Shown here: in pieces, positions 19,776 through 29,300 of the stretch | Layout of the letters: every line of letters starts with the position of its first letter | Numbering within the stretch: position 1 is the stretch's first letter | Virus record (IMG/VR): IMGVR_UViG_3300033048_000096 | Reading direction: 5' to 3' (one strand) | DNA: 64,000 nt | DNA from: a virus | Made by a program: the position numbers and the translations under genes | The notes under the pieces: generated by a model | The model's database searches: none | Told to the model about the DNA's origin: nothing | The model's input: the letters and a program-made list of their open reading frames with translations, nothing else

Positions 19776-19930
19776 TTCGCTATTCCTTAATCTCACATTA
19801 ACATTACTCTTACCAGCCTCGATTAGCAGCAGATCCTCATGTTATGAGTATACCTCGTGCGCTAAAAAAAAACTATGCTATTTTTAAAATTATTTTAGGA
19901 AAAATGACGCGGTTGCCTCACCGGCAAGCA

Positions 19931-19990
19931 CCCAGAGCACCGAAACCTAGGCTCAGAGATTCGAACCTAAGCTCAGAGATTCGAACCTAA
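19931..19990. repeat. Tandem 20-bp repeats GCTCAGAGATTCGAACCTAA x2 plus one degenerate copy
   Basis: Exact copies at 19951..19970 and 19971..19990. Confidence 0.9.
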
Positions 19991-19993
19991 AAC

Positions 19994-20024
19994 AAAAAAA
20001 AAGACTCTAGCCGAAGCTAAAGTC
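19994..20024 (-). terminator. Rho-independent terminator after major capsid gene
   Basis: Minus strand GACTTTAGC-TTCG-GCTAGAGTC followed by T9. Confidence 0.9.
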
Positions 20025-20060
20025 ACTCTAGTTTGCATAATGCGCCCAAAATGGGGGTTA

Positions 20061-21083
20061 TTAGTCGGTTACGTAACCGCTAGCAACGCCTCTGGGGTTA
20101 ACTATGCCGATTCCCAATATCTCAGATACCACCCATCCTAGCTTCAGCTGCTTGGGTTCATCAGCGGGAAGAACTTCAATATCTTGCCTTATGGGCATAA
20201 CTCCTACGAATTCTGGATCCGCGGTAGCAAAGACTTGTTTAGGCGGCACGATTTTGGAGACGATAATATCTGCCCCAAAGAGGTGTCCATAGAGTCCAGT
20301 TTGAAGTAGTTCACGTTGGGTCACAGGATCGACCTGAGAGGCACCAGCGGCACCAGCGGATTCCCAGTTAAGCATATCAGTAAATTCACGAATATTCATG
20401 AAGTACTTAGCAGTAACATTATCCCAGCCATCGATTTCGCGCTTAAGTCTGAGTAATCCTTGCTTAGACAGTTCGGAAGTTACGATACCATTATCAAGAG
20501 TTTGCAGGCTATTTTCACCACCACGAGCGGCATCAGAAGCGAAATCTAGAGCAGCGAAGACATTGGAGTCTTCTTGCGCTTGAATTTCCTGACGAGCTTT
20601 CTGTTGAGCACGATCGATTACATTGAATCTACGTCTCTTAACTTCAGCGATACGCACAGTAGGATTAGAAACGATTTCGAATTCGGGAACAGAAACTCTA
20701 TCACCGAACACGCGTGATTCGGGTACAGAGCCGTTGCTAGAAATAACAACAGCGCTGACATCGATATCACGATCATATATAGCGAGAGCGCCTTGCGGGA
20801 GCGGATCAACTACGAGAGCTTTACGTCCGACACCTTGATAATCGAGGTTTCTTCGGATTGGGTTAGCCATAGCTTGTCCTAATGCAATTTTCCCTTCCAT
20901 GGTAGAAAGAGCTTGATGAATCATCTCGTCTCTTTGTGACTCATTGAATGAGGGTGATTGAGTTAGGCTAGAACTGGATGGGCTAAGTTCATCGATAATT
21001 GAGGCGTACTTAACAATTTTGCTTAGAGCATCCTTGACATTACCTGCACTTAGTTCACCTTGTGTATTAAATATATTAGACAT
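20061..21083 (-). CDS. Major capsid protein (HK97 fold)
   Basis: 340 aa; GQAMANPIRRNLDYQGVGRKALVVDPLPQG...PEFEIVSNPTV...RRFNVIDRAQQKARQEIQAQED...GWVVSEILGIGIVNPRGV. GGAG RBS, strong terminator, downstream of protease and portal. Confidence 0.85.
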   Translation of the reverse strand: MSNIFNTQGELSAGNVKDALSKIVKYASIIDELSPSSSSLTQSPSFNESQRDEMIHQALSTMEGKIALGQAMANPIRRNLDYQGVGRKALVVDPLPQGALAIYDRDIDVSAVVISSNGSVPESRVFGDRVSVPEFEIVSNPTVRIAEVKRRRFNVIDRAQQKARQEIQAQEDSNVFAALDFASDAARGGENSLQTLDNGIVTSELSKQGLLRLKREIDGWDNVTAKYFMNIREFTDMLNWESAGAAGASQVDPVTQRELLQTGLYGHLFGADIIVSKIVPPKQVFATADPEFVGVMPIRQDIEVLPADEPKQLKLGWVVSEILGIGIVNPRGVASGYVTD

Positions 21084-21092
21084 AATATCTCC

Positions 21093-21749
21093 TTATACGC
21101 CTACGCCAAGTAGGTAAAGTGCACAGTGCTCGACTTGTGGAGTGCCAAGACCTGCGTAAGAAGCTGTGGTTGACACTAGTGACTTATCTGACACTAGGCC
21201 TAGAGCGCGCGCGACAGTGTCACCGACTCCTGTGGTGGTAAGCTTACCGCGATCAGCAGCCGCACCAGCGACAGCGAAGACATCGTCACCGAGAACGGCA
21301 GCATCAAATTCTGCTGAATCGCTCCAAGCATCTGAAGTGACTCCATAGAGACCTGGTTTGGTCCACAGGGTAGCTTTTCCTGAGCCACGAATGGTTGAGG
21401 GTCCGATAACGACAGTACCGACACCGGGCATACCACCTACGCCAGTTCCCTGACCTACGGTAGCTCCGATAACTTGTCCGAACATAGTTCCGTATCCTTT
21501 TCTGCCGAGACCTGCTGAGCTACCTTCATCAAGTAGTCCATACACATCTGTGGTTGAGTCTAAAGCAGTATCCGCTAGGCGCAAGTGCACAGCTGGTCCG
21601 TTCTGAAATACATCAGCGGCGTAACCATCTGTAGCATAATCGATAGCGCGAAAAATGGCTAGTTCGCCACCAACAACTAAGTCAGTGTCGTCATCTTCGA
21701 TATCGAATTGCCCTAGGGGCTCAATTCCTGGTTGTAGTAAAATTAACAT
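21093..21749 (-). CDS. Capsid decoration/cement protein
   Basis: Gly-rich beta protein directly upstream of MCP; YGLLDE...STIRGSGKATLW...GLYGV...GKLTT. Confidence 0.6.
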   Translation of the reverse strand: MLILLQPGIEPLGQFDIEDDDTDLVVGGELAIFRAIDYATDGYAADVFQNGPAVHLRLADTALDSTTDVYGLLDEGSSAGLGRKGYGTMFGQVIGATVGQGTGVGGMPGVGTVVIGPSTIRGSGKATLWTKPGLYGVTSDAWSDSAEFDAAVLGDDVFAVAGAAADRGKLTTTGVGDTVARALGLVSDKSLVSTTASYAGLGTPQVEHCALYLLGVGV

Positions 21750-21824
21750 TTTTCCAGTTCTCCCTAAAAATTATTGTTTTAAGATATGATATCACCATAA
21801 GATTGGTGAGATCAAGAGTTTGTT

Positions 21825-24443
21825 TTAAATAGACATCAGCTTTTGAAGAGCATTGTCTATAAGATCTGAGGCTTCGTTCAATCCTGAATCGTCAGCCTGG
21901 TCTCCTAACTTAACTAAGTTTTGTATAACCCAGGCGTGTCTTCCTCTGAAGTTACCTGAAGGCATGCTTAACGCAACGCCTTTGTTATGTCTATGTTGTT
22001 CGATTTGGTTTTCAACAACTCCTCCCTTCCCCATGGCATCAGCGATATCGATGGTTTTCGGATGAGCGGCTCCAATCAGATCGGCACCTGACTCGTTATG
22101 AACCTTATAAAGCTTAACGAAGTCAGCTTCAGATTTGCCAAGTTTATTATCATACATGCTTTTTAGCCCTGCATAATAAGATTTAGCGTATTGGTCCTCA
22201 AGACCTGCGACAGCATCTTGGAAGTATTGTTTTGAAATTTGATCTGCTTTCTTATGCATATCTTTATTAATCCCATTGTCATAAATAACACTTGATTCGT
22301 TAGAATTAGCAGGTTTCGTAAATTTTTGTGTAAAAAAGTTATTATTTTTTTGATTAGCATATTTTCCTAACTTCCCTCTATAAAACTTGACAGCATTTTT
22401 CCACCCGCTCATTCGTTTCCTTCCGACCTTATCTAGGTTTTGCCTTACAAATTTTCTAAGATCGGTTCTATTGAATATTTTATTGAGGTATAGATATTTT
22501 AGAGATCTAAGATAATCATTTTGATTATTCTGAGTTTTGGTAAGCCACCCGCCCCATTTATTCTCTGGGTCAGTAAAGGCTAAACCTTCTGGTGTGTTTA
22601 GTACTTTCTTGATGATTCTTGGGGCGGCGCTTCTCATTCCTCTGCTTAGGCGGCTTATATCTATATCTTCATTGTTGATGGAGACAATTTGAGGGTAGGG
22701 ATTATCTTTATTTGAGAGAGGCTCTTCTGTGTTTTGTTGGTTAGTGTTTTCTGCTGGTCTAGCTATTGGTTGATTTATGCCTCTGGATTCTTCTTTTTGG
22801 TTATCACTTGGTTCGTCTAACAGTTCGTCTGAGTATTGCATAGCTTGCATCATTATTTCTTTGAATTCGAGTGTATTTTCTGACAAAGCAGTTAGAGCAT
22901 TAATAGCTTCGTCAAATCCATTCCCTGCGTTTAGGTCTTGTTTTATATCTTCTTGTAGTTTTAGGTAGTTATCTACATAGGCTTCCATAGTTGTAAGATC
23001 AGTGAGAGCGTCAAAGAATTCTGCTTTGGATAGGTCTTCTTTCTTTAAGTTATCTAGTGAGTTGAATGATTTGAGTATAATTTCAATTAGTTCTGATGTT
23101 TGATTAAGGCCATTGGATCCTTCTTTGAAGTTAAGCTCCCTTAATTTTCTTATTGCATTATATTGGTTAGCTCTAAGTTGGTCTATTTCTTCTTCGGCTA
23201 ATTGGAAGTTACTTCTGAGCCAATTAATCCAAGCATAAACTGCTCCTTCGCTAACTAATCCTGCTATAGCTAAGAAGGTCAATCCTTTTATCAGTGTTGC
23301 CGAGGTTCCCAGTATTTTTGGGCTATTCTTAAGAAACAATTTCATAATAAATGCTGTAGCTGTGGACGGTCTTGATGGTTTTGAAGTTACTTTAGCGACT
23401 TCTTTGGCTGCTTTTGCTGCGCCTTCCTTTGATGCCTTGGCTGTTGCTTTAGATACGGTCTTAGCGGCCGCTGGGGAGGCTTTGGTTACAGCTTTGGTTG
23501 CTGACGCGGTATCCTTTGAGGCTTGTCGTGCGGCCGCTGAGGTTGCTTTTGCCGCGAAAGAGTTTTCTCCCGCCGCTTCTTTCGCTGCTTTAGCTAGCCC
23601 CTCTAGGTATCCAGCTTTTCTTGATTCATCTATAGCTTTTGCGAGTTCTTTCTTATGTTTAGCTGCAAGCTTTATTCCTTCTTCTGAGAGGTTTTTTATT
23701 GTACTTTCCAGTCCGCTTATATTGTCGGCACCTTTGGCTACATCATCTTTGAGTGTTTTTATTAGATTCCCTTTTTCATCTAGTTTCCCTCCGAGATCTA
23801 ATATTTTTTTCTCTAAGGTATCGACCATTGCTTCTGATTTTTTAAGAACAAAGATTGATTTTTTATATAATTCTTCTAGATTAAGTTTTTCATTTAGCAA
23901 TTCGCTTGTTTCTTTGGATGCTTTTAGTAGCGCATTTTTAGCTTTGGTAGCTTGCCCTGCCATTGAGGCTCTGCTTCTTTTTAGGTTAACCATCATCAAT
24001 GCTACTTCATCTACGCTTTTGTCACCTATTAGCTTCATCCCTTGAGCTATTTTGGAGATCACTGATATTTGCTCAGTCATTATGTTTGCTGCGTTAATTA
24101 ATTCTGGAGCAAGCTTAGATACCTTTGGTGCGTTTTTAACGCCTAGTTCGACAACTTCTTTTCCTGCATTCATTAGTTTATTAATTTCATTAATATTTTT
24201 GCCGGTAAGTTTGGATATTTCTTCTGGCGTTATCATGCCTGACTTAAGAGCTTTAATTATAAAATCATCCAGTGTCATTCCGGCAGCGCTTAGTAGTGTC
24301 TTGAGAGAACTTAGCCCTGATTCTTTAAGAGCCTTGATCATAGGCGCCATAACGTTAGCTTGTTTTTTGAGCATATATTTTTGCATTACTGCAGAATATT
24401 CGTCAAAGACTTCTGATGATGCTGTTTTTTGAATCCTAGACAT
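21825..24443 (-). CDS. Large Lys/Ala-rich coiled-coil protein, putative internal head (ejection) protein
   Basis: 872 aa with coiled coil, Ala/Lys-rich stretch and one hydrophobic segment; K-x-A motifs; C-terminal helix-G-helix motif. Confidence 0.5.
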   Translation of the reverse strand: MSRIQKTASSEVFDEYSAVMQKYMLKKQANVMAPMIKALKESGLSSLKTLLSAAGMTLDDFIIKALKSGMITPEEISKLTGKNINEINKLMNAGKEVVELGVKNAPKVSKLAPELINAANIMTEQISVISKIAQGMKLIGDKSVDEVALMMVNLKRSRASMAGQATKAKNALLKASKETSELLNEKLNLEELYKKSIFVLKKSEAMVDTLEKKILDLGGKLDEKGNLIKTLKDDVAKGADNISGLESTIKNLSEEGIKLAAKHKKELAKAIDESRKAGYLEGLAKAAKEAAGENSFAAKATSAAARQASKDTASATKAVTKASPAAAKTVSKATAKASKEGAAKAAKEVAKVTSKPSRPSTATAFIMKLFLKNSPKILGTSATLIKGLTFLAIAGLVSEGAVYAWINWLRSNFQLAEEEIDQLRANQYNAIRKLRELNFKEGSNGLNQTSELIEIILKSFNSLDNLKKEDLSKAEFFDALTDLTTMEAYVDNYLKLQEDIKQDLNAGNGFDEAINALTALSENTLEFKEIMMQAMQYSDELLDEPSDNQKEESRGINQPIARPAENTNQQNTEEPLSNKDNPYPQIVSINNEDIDISRLSRGMRSAAPRIIKKVLNTPEGLAFTDPENKWGGWLTKTQNNQNDYLRSLKYLYLNKIFNRTDLRKFVRQNLDKVGRKRMSGWKNAVKFYRGKLGKYANQKNNNFFTQKFTKPANSNESSVIYDNGINKDMHKKADQISKQYFQDAVAGLEDQYAKSYYAGLKSMYDNKLGKSEADFVKLYKVHNESGADLIGAAHPKTIDIADAMGKGGVVENQIEQHRHNKGVALSMPSGNFRGRHAWVIQNLVKLGDQADDSGLNEASDLIDNALQKLMSI

Positions 24444-24445
24444 AT

Positions 24446-24889
24446 TTAGTCCTCATCGTATATGATTGAATCTATTGCTCTCTCGATTTTATATGCAACT
24501 TTGTAGTTACCCGAGTGGGAAGCCTCTGCTGCCATTTGTCCTAATTCTTCTAACAGGGATGCTTTAGCTATAGATTCTTCTTCTTGTCTTTTAGCTAGCT
24601 CTTCTTTTTCTGTTGGTTCAATTTCATCTTCGGCTAAGTTTTCTGCCATATCCATGAAGCTTCCTAACTCCTTTGATGCCGTCTGGGTATCTTTGCTAAC
24701 TTGCTGAAGCTTTTGGGAGACCTGTCCAGCTTGCTGAGCTTCCACGAACTTTTCAGCTTTTTTGATTTGCATGATGGCCGCCTTTTCGATAAGAATTTTA
24801 AACTCATCCATTGTGGTTATCTGCGCCTCATTCCATTTTTCTTTGTAATCAACATATTGTCTAGCCATAATAAACCCCTTACCTATCAA
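24446..24889 (-). CDS. Putative internal head/scaffold-associated protein
   Basis: Helical; C-terminal LLEELGQMAAEASHSGNYKVAYKIERAI motif. Likely start MARQY at 24868. Confidence 0.5.
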   Translation of the reverse strand: MIGKGFIMARQYVDYKEKWNEAQITTMDEFKILIEKAAIMQIKKAEKFVEAQQAGQVSQKLQQVSKDTQTASKELGSFMDMAENLAEDEIEPTEKEELAKRQEEESIAKASLLEELGQMAAEASHSGNYKVAYKIERAIDSIIYDED

Positions 24890-24953
24890 GAAAAATAATT
24901 AGTATTTAACTATTTTAGTTACCGCGTATATAATATTTTATCCATATTAATTC

Positions 24954-25646
24954 TTACAGCAAAAGGAATTCTAATGTTGAGTTAATTGCGGATGGAGGTC
25001 CCGTAACGATAGCTACTCCTGGGTGATTAGCGGTAGGCTGTTTTGACGTAAGCTTACCACCTAGGCTGACATATAGTGTTACATTAAGTGCGTATGATTG
25101 ATTCGCCTCGAACTGGTCTGTCGCATAGAAGCCACGTCCGTAGAATACAGTTACGCGACCACTCCCGGCTGTCGAATCATCCCCTGGCATATTAGGGATT
25201 CTGTAACTATAATTCACTACAACCTTGAATGAATCAAGATCTCCATCTTCATTAGCATCATAATTCAGTTCAGTTCCTGCGGGTATTATTATAGCTCCAT
25301 TGGATGAGTTAAGCACCACGGGAATTGTTGAAGTGAAGCTACTTTCTATTATGCTTGGATTATTTAAGAATCCGATTTCGTCTCTTGAGTTAACTATTCT
25401 TCCATTGGAGTCTAGCTCTGTATCAATAACGGGGACTTCAACTATTTCATCAATCTGTGTCGTAGTGAATGCACTTGTTCTGACGTCATCTATTACGCCT
25501 AGCGGAGCAGTTCCGTCACTTACACCACAGACGATATCATTACCGATGACCTTCAATTGAGCGAACATACCTGGCTCAAATTCTGCGGTTGGGTCTAGCG
25601 GCCAACTTCCCGGCAACCCATTTCCTACGTGAACTATTCTTAACAT
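24954..25646 (-). CDS. Second capsid decoration-like protein (paralog of 21093..21749)
   Basis: MLRIVHVG...PLGVIDD...DSTAGSGRVTVFYGRGFYATD...GKLTS aligns by eye with the 218-aa protein. Confidence 0.55.
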   Translation of the reverse strand: MLRIVHVGNGLPGSWPLDPTAEFEPGMFAQLKVIGNDIVCGVSDGTAPLGVIDDVRTSAFTTTQIDEIVEVPVIDTELDSNGRIVNSRDEIGFLNNPSIIESSFTSTIPVVLNSSNGAIIIPAGTELNYDANEDGDLDSFKVVVNYSYRIPNMPGDDSTAGSGRVTVFYGRGFYATDQFEANQSYALNVTLYVSLGGKLTSKQPTANHPGVAIVTGPPSAINSTLEFLLL

Positions 25647-25664
25647 ATAATCTCCATATTAGAC

Positions 25665-25694
25665 AAAAAGGAGGAATCTTTACGATCCCTCCTT
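25665..25694 (-). terminator. Rho-independent terminator
   Basis: Minus strand AAGGAGGGATC-GTAAA-GATTCCTCCTT then TTT. Confidence 0.75.
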
Positions 25695-25728
25695 ATATTA
25701 TACTTATTTTAGCAAATTAATGCTTTAA

Positions 25729-26319
25729 TTATCCTTGCTTTTTGATATTTTGTATTGTGGTAGTGACTACGTCTCCCGTCATCCTATCACCTTTACTATA
25801 AGCATCAGCAGCCATTTTTTGAAGTCCTGAGACAACTCTTAATTTATTAGCAGCTTTTTTGAGGGCATTATTTTTTATGTTTTTAGCTGTAGACAATATC
25901 ATATCAGCCGCGAAATTTTTATCTTTAGCTCTCATTTCTCCTGCGATCTTTCCAAGTTCATGCAAAACATACTGTGCTCTTCTATCTACCAAGTATGACG
26001 TATCATTAGCCATTGATTCAGGCCTTTCTTGTTCGCAGCCATCTTCAGCCATATGCTCCTTGTTGCACTTGCCGCAAGGTCCATCACTAGCATAAGAAGA
26101 TACTTCTTTGATTTTCCTATCAAGTTGATCGCCATGAACATCCACCTCTTCGGCAGGGCTAACTAGAAAGTCCTCTGGACTTACTTGAGCAAGCTTTGAA
26201 GCGAGTTCCTCTTCTTTTTTCCTAACAAGAGATGCTTCCTTCTTAATGTTATTAAGTTTAGACATACTCTGATGGAAGCTTTTCGCAAGCTCTTCTGCTG
26301 CATATTTATTTCCAAACAT
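25729..26319 (-). CDS. Putative internal head protein with two helix-G-helix modules
   Basis: 196 aa; NKYA, KKEA, SKLA, KKAA, QKMA motifs; AGGAG RBS. Confidence 0.55.
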   Translation of the reverse strand: MFGNKYAAEELAKSFHQSMSKLNNIKKEASLVRKKEEELASKLAQVSPEDFLVSPAEEVDVHGDQLDRKIKEVSSYASDGPCGKCNKEHMAEDGCEQERPESMANDTSYLVDRRAQYVLHELGKIAGEMRAKDKNFAADMILSTAKNIKNNALKKAANKLRVVSGLQKMAADAYSKGDRMTGDVVTTTIQNIKKQG

Positions 26320-26329
26320 AGTATACTCC

Positions 26330-29300
26330 TTAATCCCACATCGAGGCTAGAGTCTTATGGTTAATGCCATCTCTATTCGTTGAGTTTTGTCCAGGCTCAT
26401 CAGTTACTCCAATATTAAGGCCGGTAACATCAGAGGCAATCTTTACTGACGTATGGCCAGTAAAGGATGCGACACTTCTCTTGAATGACTCAAAGGCTTT
26501 ATCATCAAAGTCCATCATATTATCGACTTGACGATTAAGTGCGGGTCGCGTACCTGCAAGCATACCTTTTCGTTGCATTTCCATAGCGACGTCATAAGCT
26601 CTACGAAGTCTTATCTTGTAAGCATCTCTTTCGTCTTCGGCCTTTTTGTAGAGGAAACTCTTATTTAGCTTTGACTGAACAGAACTTAGTTGATCAGCCG
26701 CGTCACTTTCTTTGTCATGAAGGCTCTCTTCGTGCTTATCAACCTCTTCTTCGGCAACCTCCTCAACTTCCTCTCTCTCCTTAGCGCTAAGATCATCTTC
26801 TGCGGAATTTTGAAGTCTTCCATCATCAGCGGCATGCTGTTGAACGGATGTTACTGATTTTTCTGCGACTTGACGTGACGGAGTGCTTGGATAGCTGTCG
26901 TACTGGTTAGCGTCTTGGTTACCATGGGAAGGTGCTGGCTTATGCTCACCACCGGTCGGGTTTTTATTGGCTATATCTTCGGCCATATCAGTGGTTACTC
27001 CGGATACTTGAGCATTCTCCTTCATTCCGATGCCGTCATGAGCCTCATTCTCCCGAGCCTCATCACCCTCAACCTCTTTATCGTCAGCATACGCTTCGGA
27101 AGCCTCATCACCATTCTCAAGATCCATACCGTTAGCTCTAAGTCTAGCTTGAGCTTTCTTTAATAGTTCTTGACGACGCTGCTTTCTCAGCTTCATTGCG
27201 CTAGCGATTAACTCACTCTCTCCTGAAACCGGAGCTTTAGCGGGAGTCACAATTGCTGCCGATTCCGTATACTCGGATACCTTAACCATGGATGTCGAAA
27301 TAGTGTTGGCCATGCTGACTAACGCTTTTGATTGACCTACGATCGTAGAGAAGTCACGAAGCGCTGCTCCAGAAAGACCCTTAAGATCGCGCCTCTGAGT
27401 AGAGGAAAGCTTTCCGTATCTTTCGTAGGTTTCGGCTATTAGCGCTAACTCATCCGCGGAATCTTTCGCTTCAGCCAGAACAATCTTTAGCTGACCAAAA
27501 ATCGTGCTAGAAAGCTTCATACTTTCTTCTGGCATATCCGGCATATCAACACCTTCGCCAACATTAATGGTAACATCACCGTCGGAATCTCCAAGATCAC
27601 CAAGTGCACTTCGGATTTGCTCGATCGTATCTTCCATCGCGAGTAATGAATCTTCAATTTCCGACTTGGGAGTGCCTTCGCTCTCAAGCTCTTCGCCTTC
27701 CACCGGAAGCTCTTCACCCATATCTAAGGGGGCCTCTTCCATTGGGGCGGGAGGAAGCTCTGCACCCAACTCCGCACCAGGCATTTCGGCGCCTAGGTCC
27801 TGAGCAGTTCTTGTTAGATTGTATCCAACAAATCCTATTCCATCTTCTCGGATAGCAGCAACTACTGCTTTCGCGTAGTCAGTGCTTTTTAAGAATTCCC
27901 AATTAGCCTCAAGATTTTTACCGAAAATGTTTTTAGCAGTAGTTGCAATAACTAACTTGCCACCAGAGTAAACTTCGAAGCCAGAAGCAGCCTTATTTAT
28001 GCTTCCATCTAGAGCGCGCTTTTGCTTAAACTTGGTAGAAAGCGAGGGACCTTTATACTTAGATCTTTTTTGAAGTTGCTTTATAGCGTCATCTCCAGGA
28101 AACATGCCCTTGTCACCGCCCATATTTCCGGTCTGCAGCATATGCTTGTCAGAATCCCAGTACTTATGATAATCTTCTGAGGTGAACGTAGAAGGCTCAA
28201 CGGAAGGGGCCGCTCCACCGAAGTAGTAAGCTCGCTTTTCAGTAGCGACATTCTTATCTTCAGCTCTAAGTTGCTTCTCTTTTATCTCTTTATCACCGGG
28301 AACCATCCCGTCGGGACCGCCAAGGTTAGTTGGGTTTGCATGCATTTGTTTATCATCCTGTTCGCGAATTTTCTTTTGTAAAGCACCCTCATCCTTGTAG
28401 GTACTCGGTTCTGATGCTGGAGCCGCTCCTCCCTGAGGATAGGCTAGACGGCGACGAAGCGCAGCCCTTTTACGTAATCTTGACTCATTCATAATGTCCT
28501 CCGTTATGGAACTTAATTTAATTTTATCATTTATCTTCTCTTGTGAAAAAGCATAATTTTCAGGCCCTACACCGTCTCCCTTAAATGAATCAGGATTTGG
28601 CTCACTAACACCTGCGACCAGACCGGAAGACCCGGTGCCAGTATAATCACTAACGTCACCATCATCTTTCATAGTAATGGTATCACCACCAGAAGCGTTT
28701 TCGCCACTAGTAAATACTTCGCCGAGTGGATCCGAAAGATCATCACCAGCAATTAACTCGTCGCTAAAGAAGCTTCTGAATAACTCAGGAGCTTGCTCCA
28801 TAGTCTTGCCGGTAGCTGAAGCGAAATCTGCCATAGCTTTAGCAAGTTCATTTCTGTCTTGAGCATTCTTTTTACTGGCAGATTTTGTGAATCCACCGGT
28901 AGACAAATATCCCTTAACAATTCTCTCTCTCTGCTCTAAAGAGCAGCTTCCCGCACTACAAACAGAATTAAGCAATAAATCTAAGTTATTAACCTCTTTG
29001 GCACTAAGCTTTTTGAGATCCAAATCTACTCCGTAAGAACTCAACTCTTCTTTGTGCTTATTAATCGAAGCGAAGCATCTCAACAAGATCGAGCCAGGTT
29101 CTGCCGGATGAACTACTAGGCTATATTCAATTGGACTCAGACCTACGTTAATCTCTCCCCAAGCTTGTCTCGTCATTATATGACTACAATATTCTTTAGG
29201 AGTAGTTGCCGGCTTTCCACATTCAGTACAAATTGATGTAGCTACCGCAGTTCCCATCGAACCATAGCGAACTACGCCAGTAGATACTTTTCTTGCTAAA

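Noticed and set aside
20061-21083. Encapsulin nanocompartment operon
   Set aside because: The HK97-type shell gene sits with portal, terminase and prohead protease, so it is a phage capsid.
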